Assembly: GCA_964016885.1 (NCBI GenBank)
Contig: OZ024740.1
Span: 188,542,001-188,606,000 of the forward strand
DNA: 64,000 nucleotides
Reading direction: 5' to 3'
DNA from: Eledone cirrhosa
Lineage: Eukaryota
Each line of letters begins with the position of its first letter. The first letter of the stretch is position 1. This document shows, in pieces, positions 1-12,809 of this stretch. Below the pieces are notes generated by a model. It saw only the letters and a program-made list of their open reading frames with translations. It was not told the DNA's origin and did not search any database. Made by a program: the position numbers and the translations under genes.

Positions 1-515
1 CACATCAACCAGAAGCAATCCAACTCTGACCAGCCTTAATTCCCATTAATCTCACTAGAATCAATCTAGAAAGAGAACTACAAATTGAATTGACACAAAT
101 TATATCTATACAAGACAATGACATACAACTGGAACAACTTATGTTAAGAATGCCAACAATATGAATAATATATATATAAATGCGAGAAAGAGAGATAGAG
201 AGAGGATGGAATTAACAAAAATATCATTCCCAGAAATGGCAACAAATCTCTTTTGATGAAGAACAACGGTCTCAAGTTGCTTAAATGGACAAACCACTGA
301 CAGGAAAAACGTTGACTAAGAATATAATAAATATCAAAAATATTAAAGTATAACAAAATGTTCCACTAAAATAAGAACAATAAAAGGAAGAAATGATATA
401 GAAAATATAAAGAACACTAAAGTTTTCAATAGATTTACAAAAGGAACAGCATCAATGTATTATGAAATATGACCCTCGTTTTAAACAAATAATTCCATTA
501 ATGCAAAACCATCAA
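1..515 (+). mobile_element. Decayed Penelope-like element RT C-terminal/thumb fragment
   Basis: Broken frames give HQPEAIQL..LIPINLTRI (cf. PLE HP..K.IP.NLARRI), EMATNL and CIMKYDPRFKQIIPLMQNH (cf. PLE YDPR/YNP linker); many stops and frameshifts. Confidence 0.4.
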
Positions 516-544
516 AAGATGAATTACTGAATAAACAATTCTTT

Positions 545-850
545 CTTTTATTCATTTACTTGTTTCATTCAATAGATTGTGGCCATGCTGGGGTACCACC
601 TTTATTTAGTTGCTCATATTGACTCTCCCAGTACTTATTCTTGAAGTTTGGTAGTTATTCATTTCTTATTTGTTAAACTACTAAGTCATTGGACATAAAA
701 CTCCCACACATACACTATAGGTTTCACAGTTACTCTCTGCCAAATTCCACTCAAAAGACATTGGGTGATCTGAGGTTACAGTAGATGACATTTACCTTTG
801 TTGCCATGCAGTGAGAATGAACCCAGAATCTACTGGTTGTGAAGCAACAA
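545..850 (-). mobile_element. Old octopus-type tRNA-derived SINE
   Basis: tttacttgtttca...tggccatgctgg..gtacttattc...caaattccactca...gtagatgacatttacc..gttgccatgcagtgagaatgaaccc resembles the reverse complement of a common octopus tRNA-SINE (recalled); related fragment at ~32440-32560. Confidence 0.65.
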
Positions 851-3509
851 CAGAAAATGTCATTGATTTTGCCTGTGATGATGACCACCCCCAAAAGCCA
901 CATCCTCAGTATGGTCGCATTTGAATAGGTCTTCACTATTCTACTTCTACACATGCAAATTGATAAGCAGATAAATTCTTCAACCTGGCAACTTTGCACA
1001 AAGAAGTGGCATCTATCAATTATATGAATATAAAACAGGAAATATTTGGCAATCTTATTAGATTTCCTCAGCTAAACATATTTATTTCAGTTGGATTGAC
1101 TTAGTATGATCAAATTTAAATAGAGAGAGGAAGGGGTAGTAGCTACATTGAATATGTATATTAAATAACCCGTACAAAAAAATTCCCCAAGACAACATTA
1201 TATATATATATATATATTAAGGGAACATATATATATATATATAGATATATATACGCACATCATGCAGGATGGCCCTCGGGGCATTTTTCTTGTATGGATT
1301 ACATATATAAAGCAGTCAGTGGTATTTTCTATATAGTCCAGAGGACACACAGTCACCATTGTGACTCTCCAACCCATGACACAGCACTTCTAAGATACGA
1401 TAATTAGAGGGAAAATGAGTTCTACATGATCACTAGTTACTATTTATATATATTTATGTGTCCATCCAACCCTTACAAGTATGGAAAAATTTAGATGTAA
1501 TAGGTTGATGTACATGTAGAAAGATATAGGAAGAGACATATATTATATGTATATTTTCTTTCATTGATTGCTTATTTTGCTAACATCTAATTTAAACCTT
1601 TTTAATTTCCCAGTTTTCTTATTGTTCTTTTACCAGAAAACTACCAGTATAAGGTTCTGTCTGACTCCAAAAAGTAACCTAGTTATAATTTTAAGTAGCA
1701 TTTATTTTTGAAAATATCACATAATTCTTATACAGTGGAAGAATGAAAACAATTGAAGTTGAATAAAGTCTTTGGATTACTTTTCAACTTGACTTTGCAC
1801 ATTATTCCATCAAACAAACATTCCTAACATCAACTTACAATGGAATTGTTTTCAGAATTATTCTTCTCATATATTCCCATTGTATTAATGGATTCAGAAT
1901 TTCAGAACAATCAACATATAGCCAACCACTGTGCAAGGGACAAGAGGAAGATATTTTGGCCTTTACCTCATGAGAGAGCTACACACTTCTTTACAAATAT
2001 ATGAATAGCATAGTTTTGATATCAATTTGATTTTGAAAAGTGGTTCCTATTGCTATCTCTATTGACTTTTGCAGTTGTTTGGTTTTGTCCAGCTGTATAA
2101 TATCAAATACTCCCTAACAATTTGTCTCATATGTTTGCTCTGTCTGCAGAATATATTTCCTTTGTTGCAAATAGGCCTATTGTTTTTGATTCAGTTGGAA
2201 TCATCTATCAATTATTTATGCCTTTCTGAATGCATCAACGGTAGCCAGTATAGTATTCTGTAATACAAAATTATCAGTCAAGTATGATTAATGAATATAA
2301 TACACACACATACATACAATAAACATGTCATTATAAGTACGGTTAGTTAGAGATGTTACAAAGTGGTTCTAATGCATAATTCATATGCTTCTTTGTGGTA
2401 TAATCTAGGTAAAGTATTTCTGATTTTTATGGGGAGATGCATTAAAAATCTATTACATATCCCTCAGGCACTTTATATCATAATGGTCAGAACCTGTTTG
2501 ACATTTAATTTCAGGACACAGAAAGTTTGATCTTTAGCAGCTATCAATGGATGAACATACATATCTAGTTTATATTGTTATATTTGATTAATATTAATTT
2601 TTTCAATCTGAGATACAAGCGTTGATATAATGAACATGGATTAAAAGAGAAAGATCTAACTGGTTAAATAAAAAAGTTTAATCCTTAAAATTTTTGAATG
2701 TATTTAATTTAGTCACCATTTATATATATATATAACAATAAATAGATATCAGAGTACTTGAACCTTGAAATGTATTTATATCTAGATTTAAATCTTGTTC
2801 AAATTCCTGATATTACATAAATAATAATGTGAAACAGGTACAACTTTACTTTTTATTAGATTATGTTCCAAACACTAATAAATATAGAAGTTGATGTTAT
2901 TACTCTAAATTCATTAAAATTATTATTTTGAAATTTAATTAAAGAGTATTTTGTTTTAGAAATCTGATCGTGAATGGGTTCATTGTCTTCAAGAAGACTA
3001 TCTAACTATAAAATGTTTGTTCTCAAGTATATGCACAAATATTAAAATTAGCATAATTCATCCCATATACGAAAATAAATAAATAAAAAGTAAAATAAAA
3101 TAAATTAATAAAATTAAAATGGGAACATTTTCAGTGAGAAACAAAAGATAAGATTTTAACAAAATAATGGAAATAGATAATTTGAAAAGTAAAAATATCT
3201 ATTACTCAGTGATCTTAGGATAAAGGATATAACGGGCAGACTTAAGATTTTGGATGAGATCATATAGGCAAGATTTAAGTTATTTATTAAGAATAAAACT
3301 CTAAACCAAATGCACACTTCTCTTGGTAGAAAATTAGTTGCAATATAACCTAACAACTTGCATTGAAAAACCAAATAAATTCATTTAAAATGGCATACAA
3401 AGCAGACACAATGATAGTAATGGCTTTTAACATCTTCATATTGACATATTATAAATAAGAATTCATTTATTAACATTCAAGAGATCACAAACCCAGTTCT
3501 GCACATCTT

Positions 3510-3735
3510 CATTATCATCATCTTCACATCTATTGTTCCATGATCATATGGGTTGGATGGGTTGGTTTCAGCACGGCATATCTCTACTCATCACATTCCT
3601 TAGTCATCTCCTTTGTGAGACTTAGCAATTTGAAATCAGCTCTCACCACCTCCACCCAGTGGAATTTCCTGGCACTTCTCCCAGTGGTCATCATCCATTC
3701 ACATCATGTCCCAATCATCATCCTTGCACATCATA
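3510..3735 (-). mobile_element. Decayed RTE LINE 3' end
   Basis: (CAT)n tail, ccatgatcatatggg hairpin remnant, and cagctctcaccacctccaccca..ttcctggcacttctcccagtggtcatc homologous to 13940-14170. Confidence 0.7.
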
Positions 3736-4084
3736 TATTGTAATGAGTTTCTGATCAAATATTATGAAAGAAATATACAATATATTAGATCTCGCCATAT
3801 GAACCGCCTTGTAAAAATAAATGTAAAAATATTTAAATAAGGACACTAGTTGAGGACATGGTAATAAAAATCTAGTGATAATGAGTGATTGACACATAAG
3901 TGCAAATGTATGTAATTTGATTTAATGATCATGCCCCTATCTGGAAAATAACCATGCAAACTCGTTTACACTTCTATAAGCATTAACTGGTTTCACTTAA
4001 TCTTTCATTATAAATATGTATTACTTTCTGCCACTTTATATTGACTATGCTTTTGTTATTGACTAAATAAGGTGTCTATCTGAA

Positions 4085-4495
4085 TGGATGTGTTTGTTTG
4101 TATGTTGATTTGTGTGTCTGTATATGTAACATGGTTTTCTCTGTGTCTGTGATTGTATCTATGAAGATCTGTTTTATTTATATGTGTATTCATGTCTATC
4201 TCTCTGTATGTGTCTGCACGTAAGTAATAATGTAAATGTATTTGTATGCATATGTTTTCTGTTCATACATATGAATTTCTATTCTACATGTTTTATGTAG
4301 CTGTGTGTGTGTGCACATGTATTTGTTTGTGTGTTTGTGGGTGTTGCCAACACTGTGTTGGTATTTATATCCTTATTTGTGCTTATTTGTTTGTTTCATC
4401 GGTCTCTGATGGTCTGGAAGTATTATACATGTCTGTATGCATTTGTATTTCCATATATATTTGTATATCTGTATATATGTATGTGTGTATGTAAG
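4085..4495. repeat. Degenerate TG/TA-rich microsatellite
   Basis: Low-complexity (TG/TA)n; explains ORFs 4246-4644. Confidence 0.8.
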
Positions 4496-7400
4496 ATTAT
4501 TAGTGTATTTTTATGTGCTTCAAAAAGCTGTGAGCATGTGGTTGCATAAATAACTGTAGAATGGCTACAAATACCTAAAATACAATAAATTACACAAAAA
4601 TAAAATAACTTGCATTTTGCTTTGACAGCTTCATACAAGTTCACATCTGATTAACTTAAGTAGTTTAGTAGAGTGGCGATTTACTACAGTTGAATTTAGC
4701 AGTAATGCAATTTAGTACTGTCACAACTACTTTAAGATTTGAGTTCTACAGAATCATGCACATTTTGCTTCCTTCTCTACTGTCAAGTTTCTTGCAGAAT
4801 GAAGTTTCATATATAAAATAAACCCATTTGCCATCAATGTTTGCTTCAAACTCACACAACGTCTTGTATTCTTAAGGTTTCTTTGAATAGATTTTTTTTT
4901 CTTTATCTTAGCATGAACTGATAAAAAACAAAAACCTCCCATTATGAAAATTATTTTTTCTACAATTTCTACACTTTCATTAACATAATAGCACCTTTCT
5001 TCAGCTAAAACATGTCTTGCCAGGTTTCTCTCTATTATTATATTTTTCTTCCAGTTCTCTTATCTAGAAATTTATTCTATTTACTGTTTCTCTGCCACAA
5101 TAAATAACACTTGCTTGCTTTCATCTTATTTTCAAGAAAACTCTGTTTTAATGAAAATATTTTTTCAATGTCCAATTGCATCTCACAATTTATTTCTTTA
5201 TATTCAATTATTTTTTCTTTTTGTTCTTTTTATTCATTATATTATCTAAAATTATTTTATCTTTTCTATAAAGATTCCATACATGAGAATGAACAAATCT
5301 ATTAAATGTATCAATAATTCTTTAAAACTGAAATTTTTACAATAATGAATCTTTAAACTAGCATAGTGGCGAAGTACTGAGAATAAAATCAGTGGCAGAG
5401 GAATAAAATGTCTTTGAAATACATGGTAATAGAAACAGAGAATTGTATTCATTGGATGAGTTTAAGACTTGCAGGCAGACATATGTTCATAAAACAACGA
5501 AAAAAAAAATATCAGATTTCAGAATATAATAAGGAAGGAGAAAAAAGTTTTAAGCTTTACTGAAAACAGATAAAAAATAAAAAATTAATAAGCCTTTGGA
5601 GAAGAATTGTGTGTAATGATATAAGGTAGGTTTCTGTGACCCCTCAAAAAAATAGATGCATGTTACTGCTGTTACATTTGACGTATATAATATAAACATA
5701 ATATAAAAATCCTGTGTCATCTTAATTGAGGATCAAAGAATACAAAAGGGAGAAATTTGAAAATATATTTAAATGTCACTAAATGGATGTTAATTTATAG
5801 AAATATAATTACATGAAGCTAAAGAACATACAGTAGTAGTGGTAGTAATGGCAGTAGTAGTTAAAAAGTTAAGATGTTTCTGGGAAAATATATTTTATCC
5901 CACAAAAGAAAGTAAATGAATAAAACAGATTTCATTTTTGTATTTCAAGTTTGAATTCTATTGGCTTTCCTAAAGCAATCATAGCCACATATCTCACAAT
6001 TTCATGTATAAACTTTGCTAATTTAAGAGCATTTTTCATGAATGAAATGTATAAATAGTTTATGAAATATTAACATTCAAAGTAATCATGTTTAAGGTAT
6101 AATAATCATGAGCAAATGAAAGAACTTCAAAGTGCTTGCTAAACCTGCTAGAGATTCCAGCAAAATTACTATCAAATTACACACAATCTTTATAAAAAAA
6201 AGGCCACATTACACAATGTAGTCATAGTTAATAGTATGCCAGAAAGAATATATGTATAGTAAGGCTGTAATATCTTTGATCATAAGTTTACTCAATCAGG
6301 GATTACCTTGGGATAAATAACATCAAAAACATATCTTAACAAAAGTAAATTTCTTTGTTCTGCACTTTCATTCATTGGTATTAGTGCTTTTATTGATTAA
6401 TGCATTTCTTTTGTGCCTCAATATTTGGAAAAAAACATAGGTACAGAACATGTCTTGAGCTGCTCAGGAGGAATGATTATGATGAAATATAATTGACTTT
6501 CGAAGCAGCACATACTTAGGGGATTTACAATGCCAGAACAGAACCAATGTGAAATTACTTATTCCTATCTCATTTCATTTCTATTCTTCTTAAAACACAA
6601 GGTAGAAAAAAAATAGATGTTATTCACGTGAAAAGATGAGATCATACATAGTTATATTACATTGACATGGTGCAATTATTCAAATAAACTATGGCATTGA
6701 TGACTGGAGAATGGTAGAAATAAACAGAATATAGTAAATCTTTGAACTGCATAGCAAGCAGAATTTGAAATTGACTATAGAAAATGAACAATATTAAAAG
6801 TATAAGTAATTCTTTTAGTAAAAGTGATTATAATTTTCTTTATACTCTCAGCCACTATCTTTGATACTGTTAAATATTTACTAAATTTGAATAAATGTTT
6901 GGACATTAATTTTCATTGTGAGTCAAGATCTGCTTAAATATATAATTTCAGTTCATTTATTTCAATGTTACTTAAACCAAAAGTCATTATTACAATATTA
7001 CATAACCTGAAGGAAGTGAAAAGGAGAGGATATTAATCTAGAAAAGTTAAAAAAAGAAAGTTCTTAAAATGTAGAGTTTTCTGTCGATAGCTTTATTAAT
7101 TAGCACTGTGATAGCTTTGAAAGTAAATCATTTTCAAGGGTATTTTAGCTTAATTCAAAAATGGTTTTACAGGACTTATTAGTTTTTGTGTACTTTTCTC
7201 ATTATTAATGCAATTGTATCTAATGGTAGAGAAAATATTTTACTGAATATATTTTAAAATATAGGAATGCGATCAGAATAAATGCATAAAACTTAAAATC
7301 TACTAAAACTATTATGAAAAATAGATTTATTTTTCAAGGTAATATAGAGAATTAGTAATACATATAAATAAAGATGTTTATATATGGAAATACATAGATT

Positions 7401-7599
7401 AGTACTTATATATAGAATAAATATGAAAAACAGATGGATATGTTCACCCTACATGACCACTTTATAGTTCGGGCTGAGGGTGGAGGATGTCCATATGATT
7501 GGGAAGTAGATCTAGGGTGGAGCACTTATGTGATAAGGGGTGGGATGTTAGGACATGGGAAATTAATGGGCGGGAAAGAGGGGAGATAAGGGAAAGTAG

Positions 7600-7745
7600 T
7601 GCATACACGATGTATGCTTCAACGAGTGCATATAGGAAGGCAGGTCGTCTTTATTACTACCAGAGATCGTGATCCAGTGTCATCACCTTTGAGAGTTGTA
7701 ATTGTACACTCGCATCCCATTGGTCAGTTGTGAGAACATTCCTCA
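7600..7745 (-). mobile_element. Decayed RTE LINE C-terminal fragment
   Basis: Minus strand reads LQLSKVMTLDHDLW, cf. [14 protein letters not shown] in the younger copies. Confidence 0.6.
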
Positions 7746-8289
7746 GTCAAAAGTCTATAGAAATTTTTCTGAGGCAAGACAATCTGTTGTAGTTGTTTTT
7801 GTTTAAGTACAGCTGACCTCCTCCATTGTGTTGGTAGTGGTAGTGGTGTTAAAGGGTCAGCTGGCAGGTCAGCTTTAGTGTGCTGCTGCTATGTTCTGAA
7901 GAAGTTGTGTGTGGAGGTTGGCATCTATCCTGTCACCATTTCACGTGGTGGGGAGGGGGGAGAGGGGACAAATAAAACAAATAAAAAATGCATGTGTGTT
8001 ACAACCAATATCAGAATTTGAAAGATTTGAAAAATATTAACTGAAGTAGAAAACCTGTGTGTCAGAATTGAGTAGTGTAAAGAATTACAATTCTTACACT
8101 ATCATCGAGTGGTGCGTTTTAAGAGCAAATGACATAAAAGTGGAGTGTAAAACATCAAAAACCTCAGTGTCAAAATACGGAAATGCAAAGGACTACAGTT
8201 CCTATTTCCACATAAGGTACATATGCGTGTATGTCAACGCACATCATTGCAAGCACACAAGCACAAGTGCATTCCATATATATATATAT

Positions 8290-8632
8290 CATTACATCAT
8301 CATTTCATTTTACGTCCGCTTTTTCCTCGCTTGCAAGAGTGGGACGGGAACTGATTCTGGCTTGATTTCTACAGCTGGATGCCCTTCCTAACACCAACCT
8401 CATTTACAGTGAGTGCTGGGTGCTTTTCTTGCCGTGGCACCTCCACGACCACTTTGCAGTGGAATGATATAGACCCCAGTCTTTATCATCTCATTTCTAC
8501 AGTTGAGTAAAGTGGACCAATGTGAAATAAAGTGTCTTGCTCAAGGAAAAAACACATCACCCGATCTGAGAATTGAACTCACAACCTTTCGATTGCAAGG
8601 CCAATGCTCTAATCACTAAGCCATGTGCCTCC
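8290..8632 (-). mobile_element. Chimeric tRNA-derived SINE with RTE-type 3' end (copy 1)
   Basis: Pol III A box tggcttagtga and B box gagttcaattc, body ccttgagcaagacacttt, RTE UTR module ggttggtgttaggaagggcatccagctgtagaaa, tail gcggacgtaaaatga(GAT)n; near-identical to 15720-16050 and 28896-29257. Confidence 0.9.
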
Positions 8633-8883
8633 ATATATACATGTACACACACACATACGCACATTATATACCCACATATATATATATACACATATATATA
8701 TATATACATATATATATAGTAATAATAATAATAATATACACATATATATATATATATATATATACAAATATACACATACATGTAAGTATCTATATATGTA
8801 TAATTTTAAGCAAGAGTATCTATATATATACATATGTATAAGTATGTATTGTGTATATATATATATATATGTATGTGTATATA

Positions 8884-9265
8884 TCATCATCATCATCATC
8901 ATCATCATCAACGTTTAACGTCCGTGTTCCACGCTTGCATGGGTTTGGACGGGGGTTTTCCCACTGGATGTTGTGGCACCAACATAACTTTACATTGAAA
9001 GGGGCGGTGTAGATGGGATGGGGGTGGTGGGATAGGGGTGTATTTTGTTAGAGATGCCTACTGACTGTAGTAGGTTTTACTTTGTATTTAGGTAAGGCGT
9101 GTCTTCTCTATTACTGAGTACCGCCAAAGGTCTCGGTCCAGTGACATTGTCTTGGAGAGGTGTAAGTGTGTGAGGTCGGAATTTATCAGCTCGTCCCAGG
9201 TTTTTCTGGGTCTGCCTACTCCGTGGCTACCGTCTATCTTTATTGCCCTGCACTTTGTTATACAG

Positions 9266-9266
<1 letters not shown>
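8884..9266 (-). mobile_element. RTE LINE family A, 5'-truncated 3' end
   Basis: [24 protein letters not shown]...IEKTRLT* (stop at 9088), shortened 3' UTR, (GAT)n tail; flanked by (TA)n. Confidence 0.92.
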
Positions 9267-9343
<77 letters not shown>

Positions 9344-9590
9344 GTATATATATATATATGTATGTATGTGTATATATATATATATGTATGTATGTGTATA
9401 TATATATATATGTATGTATGTGTATATATATATATATGTATGTATGTGTATATATATATATATATATGTATGTGTATATATATATATATATATGTATGTG
9501 TATATATATATATATATATATAAGTATGTGTATATATATGTATATATGTGTATATATGTATGTATATATATATATATATATGTATGTGTG
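9267..9590. repeat. Compound (TA)n/(TATG)n microsatellite with higher-order unit
   Basis: Pure (TA)n followed by repeated tatgtatgtatgtg(ta)n units. Confidence 0.95.
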
Positions 9591-9954
9591 TTACACACAA
9601 ACAGCGGACAGTAGAGGCCACGTACCGTTCCTCTTCGACAGATAACTTTCCTCCCGGAAAACCACCAGTTGATGGATGCGAATCCGAAATATAGGGACAA
9701 TTAAATCTCTCCCAAGGTAACTCTATCTCGTGTTATTATTTTTATTTTTTACGCTATTTCCTATGTTCCTCTACACACTATACATCTCATTCCACATTCC
9801 CTTACATCTCTTTCTTCACCACCGGATTCTGTTACCCGGAGATTTACCGATCTACATTGTTGAGGCTTCCAAAACGACCAAAACTAAATCTTATTATTCC
9901 ACAATGCTTGAAGCAAACTTCAATACTCTCTTATATATATATATATATATAATG

Positions 9955-10049
<95 letters not shown>

Positions 10050-10204
10050 GTGTGTGTGTATATATATATGTATGTGTGTGTATATATATGTATGTGTGTG
10101 TGTATATATATGTGTGTGTGTATATATATGTGTGTGTATATATATGTATGTGTGTGTGTATATATATGTGTGTGCGTTTGTATATATATATATATTTATA
10201 TATA

Positions 10205-10865
10205 TAAAAGAAATAGGATTTCACTTTGAGCTTAGCTTTATACAATATTTATAAATATTTCGTATCTCCAAAGAAATACGGTTTTAGGAAGCTGCAGCTA
10301 TGCAAACACCGGGAGGAGGGGTCTAACGCCCTCTGGTGATGTCCAGCAGAAGCAAGGGGTCAACTGTCTATGCATTTGAGGCTTAACTGGCCATAGCCAG
10401 GACGGTACCTCCCACCGCTTGCGACTGCTGGACTAGAAGACAGGCGAGAATATATAGTTTTCTTGTCTGTCTAAATGAGGTGATTAATCTCTATTAGCCT
10501 CCCGGTGATTGCATAGCTACGGCTTCCTAAAACCAGATTTCTTTGTAGATACGAAATATTTACACATATTGTATAAAGCTATGCTTGAAGCGAAATCCTA
10601 TTTCCTATAATTTGAGCCAACTTATTCAGCTTCATATGCAAATGAGGTTAATCACCTCATTTACACAGACGAGAAAACTATATATTCTCGCCTGTCTTCA
10701 AGTGGTGGGAGGGACCGTCCTGACGATGGCCAGTTAAGCCTGAAATGCATACACTGTTGTCCCCTTTGCTTCTGCTGGACATCACCAGAGGGCGTTAGCC
10801 CCCACCCACAGTGTTTGCATAGCTACAGCTTCCTAAAACCGTATTTCTTTGGAGATACAAAATAT
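10205..10865 (+). mobile_element. Non-coding Penelope-like pLTR remnant with inverted and tandem partial repeats
   Basis: 10210-10316 is the inverted copy of 10498-10604; ~10257-10490 is the inverted copy of ~10645-10863; contains a hammerhead motif; bounded by (TA/TG)n. Confidence 0.75.
10715..10756 (+). ncRNA. Minimal hammerhead ribozyme motif (PLE type)
   Basis: ccgtc-CTGACGA-tggc cagttaa gcct-GAAA-tgca-TA-cactg; the inverted copy (~10364-10405) retains the stem I partner gacag but has a decayed core. Confidence 0.7.
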
Positions 10866-10889
10866 ATATATAATGTGTGTGTGTATATA

Positions 10890-10920
<31 letters not shown>

Positions 10921-11123
10921 GTATATATGTGTGTGTGTGTATATGTGTGTATATATGTGTGTGTGTATATGTGTGTATATATGTGTGTGTGTATATGTGT
11001 GTGTGCATATATATGTGTCTGCGTGTATATGTGTGTGTGTATATATATGCGTGTGTGTGTTGTATATATATGTGTGTGTATATACATATATGTATGTGTG
11101 TATATATCTATATAAATATATAC

Positions 11124-11171
<48 letters not shown>

Positions 11172-11205
11172 AGATTTGAATGGATACAGTTTAGTTGAAA
11201 GGAAT

Positions 11206-11325
11206 TTATTGACACGTGTTTCTATAACAGTTACATAACCTAAAACAGCTGCTATCTACAAACTTTTAGTTATGCAGACATTCAATATTTCAATGTTATT
11301 ATTTACTGTCATTTCATCAGAATAA
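11206..11325 (-). ncRNA. Hammerhead ribozyme with expanded stem II
   Basis: ttatt-CTGATGA-a atgacagt[...]actgttat a-GAAA-cacgtg-TC-aataa; GUC cleavage triplet, palindromic stem III. Confidence 0.8.
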
Positions 11326-11881
11326 TATTACTGAGGACCTATTTAGTTTTTATAGAGAATATTAGGAGGGAGGGGTGAAGTTGTTAGAAGAATAGTTGAA
11401 GGAGTGGTTTTTCGATGGCAGTGAGAATTCTTGGTGGCAGTGAGTAATTAGATTCCCATCTGTTGTTTTGACATTTTTTATAGAATATATTATTGGTTAT
11501 TTTTCTAAATCTATAGAAGGATTAGAGATAGTAAAGATATGCGTGGTTGGTTTTGTGTTTGCACTTAATTAACATTCAGACTTAAATTTTTCTTTCAAGT
11601 GTACGTATCCTTTCACCCACGCATTCACACACAAATATATTTGCACACCTCTACAAAATACATATACTCACAATTCACATATTCATACTTACATATATAT
11701 ACACATGCATACACATATATATACACACATGTATTCATGTACATACATACGCGCTCATGTGTATACATTTTCATACTCAACTTATCTTTATATACACACG
11801 TATAGACACACACATATATACATACATACTCTAGTCCATGTGTACACACATACACATACATGCACATCTATATACACATAT

Positions 11882-11947
<66 letters not shown>

Positions 11948-12519
11948 CACTTTAATACAGGAATACACTTACATCTAACTATACACATCAAACATATATA
12001 TATATTTACTTATTTATATACATTTTCACATATATATACATACTTATGGACGTTTTTAGACACATTCATTATCGCATATTTGCACCTATTCTCATCAGCA
12101 TATCTTTCCATTATTAGTGTGGTAATTTAAGGTTATTAATATATGTTGAGAAGAGATTGTTTTTATATTTTTCTAACTAGATTAAGGTTTATATAGTTGG
12201 GGGATGTCCCTCTTTTATTTAATATTCGGCTTGTAGTGGGAAAAAAAGGGTTTTAGTTCTGTGACGGCAGAATAATGTTCGTTCAATTCTGTTATTCAGC
12301 AGTTTCTTCTTGTGTGTGATTATGTAATAGATCTCAAGATTACACAATTTGCAGAAATTTTGGCTCCTGGAAAAGCTTTGGATTTTAGCTAATTTCTCCC
12401 ATTTTAGGGTAAACTTTTGATCGCTGCTATCGAAAAACCACTCCTTCAACTATTCTTCTAACAACTTCACCCCTCCCTCCTAATATTCTCTATAAAAACT
12501 AAATAGGTCCTCAGTAATA

Positions 12520-12637
12520 TTATTCTGATGAAATGACAGTAAATAATAACATTGAAATATTGAATGTGTGCATAACTAAAAGTTTGTAGATAGCAGCTGT
12601 TTTAGGTTATGTAACTTATAGAAACACGTGTCAATAA
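12520..12637 (+). ncRNA. Hammerhead ribozyme with expanded stem II (inverted pLTR copy)
   Basis: ttatt CTGATGA(12525-31), 89-nt insert, GAAA(12621-24) cacgtg TC aataa. Confidence 0.78.
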
Positions 12638-12809
12638 ATTCCTTTCAACTAAACTGTATCCATTCAAATCTTTCTATTTTTCTCCGGATTACTTTTGGAA
12701 CTACAACTGGAACCGTCGAGCAAACTCTACGTGAGCTGATAATCTACTGTGTGTAATATTTATATTACAACACAACGGAAAATACTGTATATATATATAT
12801 ATATATATA

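Larger units (their letters stand above)
11169..12790 (-). mobile_element. Penelope-like element (GIY-YIG C-terminus + 3' pLTR) with inverted pLTR copy
   Basis: 12219-12425(-) encodes QKFTLKWEKLAK..CKLCNLE..LLNNRIE..CRHR, typical of the PLE endonuclease C-terminus; ~250-bp inverted repeat 11169-11421 / 12424-12677; second copy at 22318-23550. Confidence 0.9.

Noticed and set aside
1900-2270. Possible very old LINE RT fragment (ILATVDAFRKA); similar weak hints at 15065-15170 and 63250-63560
   Set aside because: Too degraded to support a call without a profile search
8560-8632. tRNA gene
   Set aside because: A/B boxes present but no complete cloverleaf; it is a SINE head
11326-11365. ctgagga...gagaatatta as an additional hammerhead
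   Set aside because: GAGA instead of GAAA and no stem I; other isolated CTGANGA hits (7896, 15144, 39009, 46972, 53468, 59963) also lack the remaining elements
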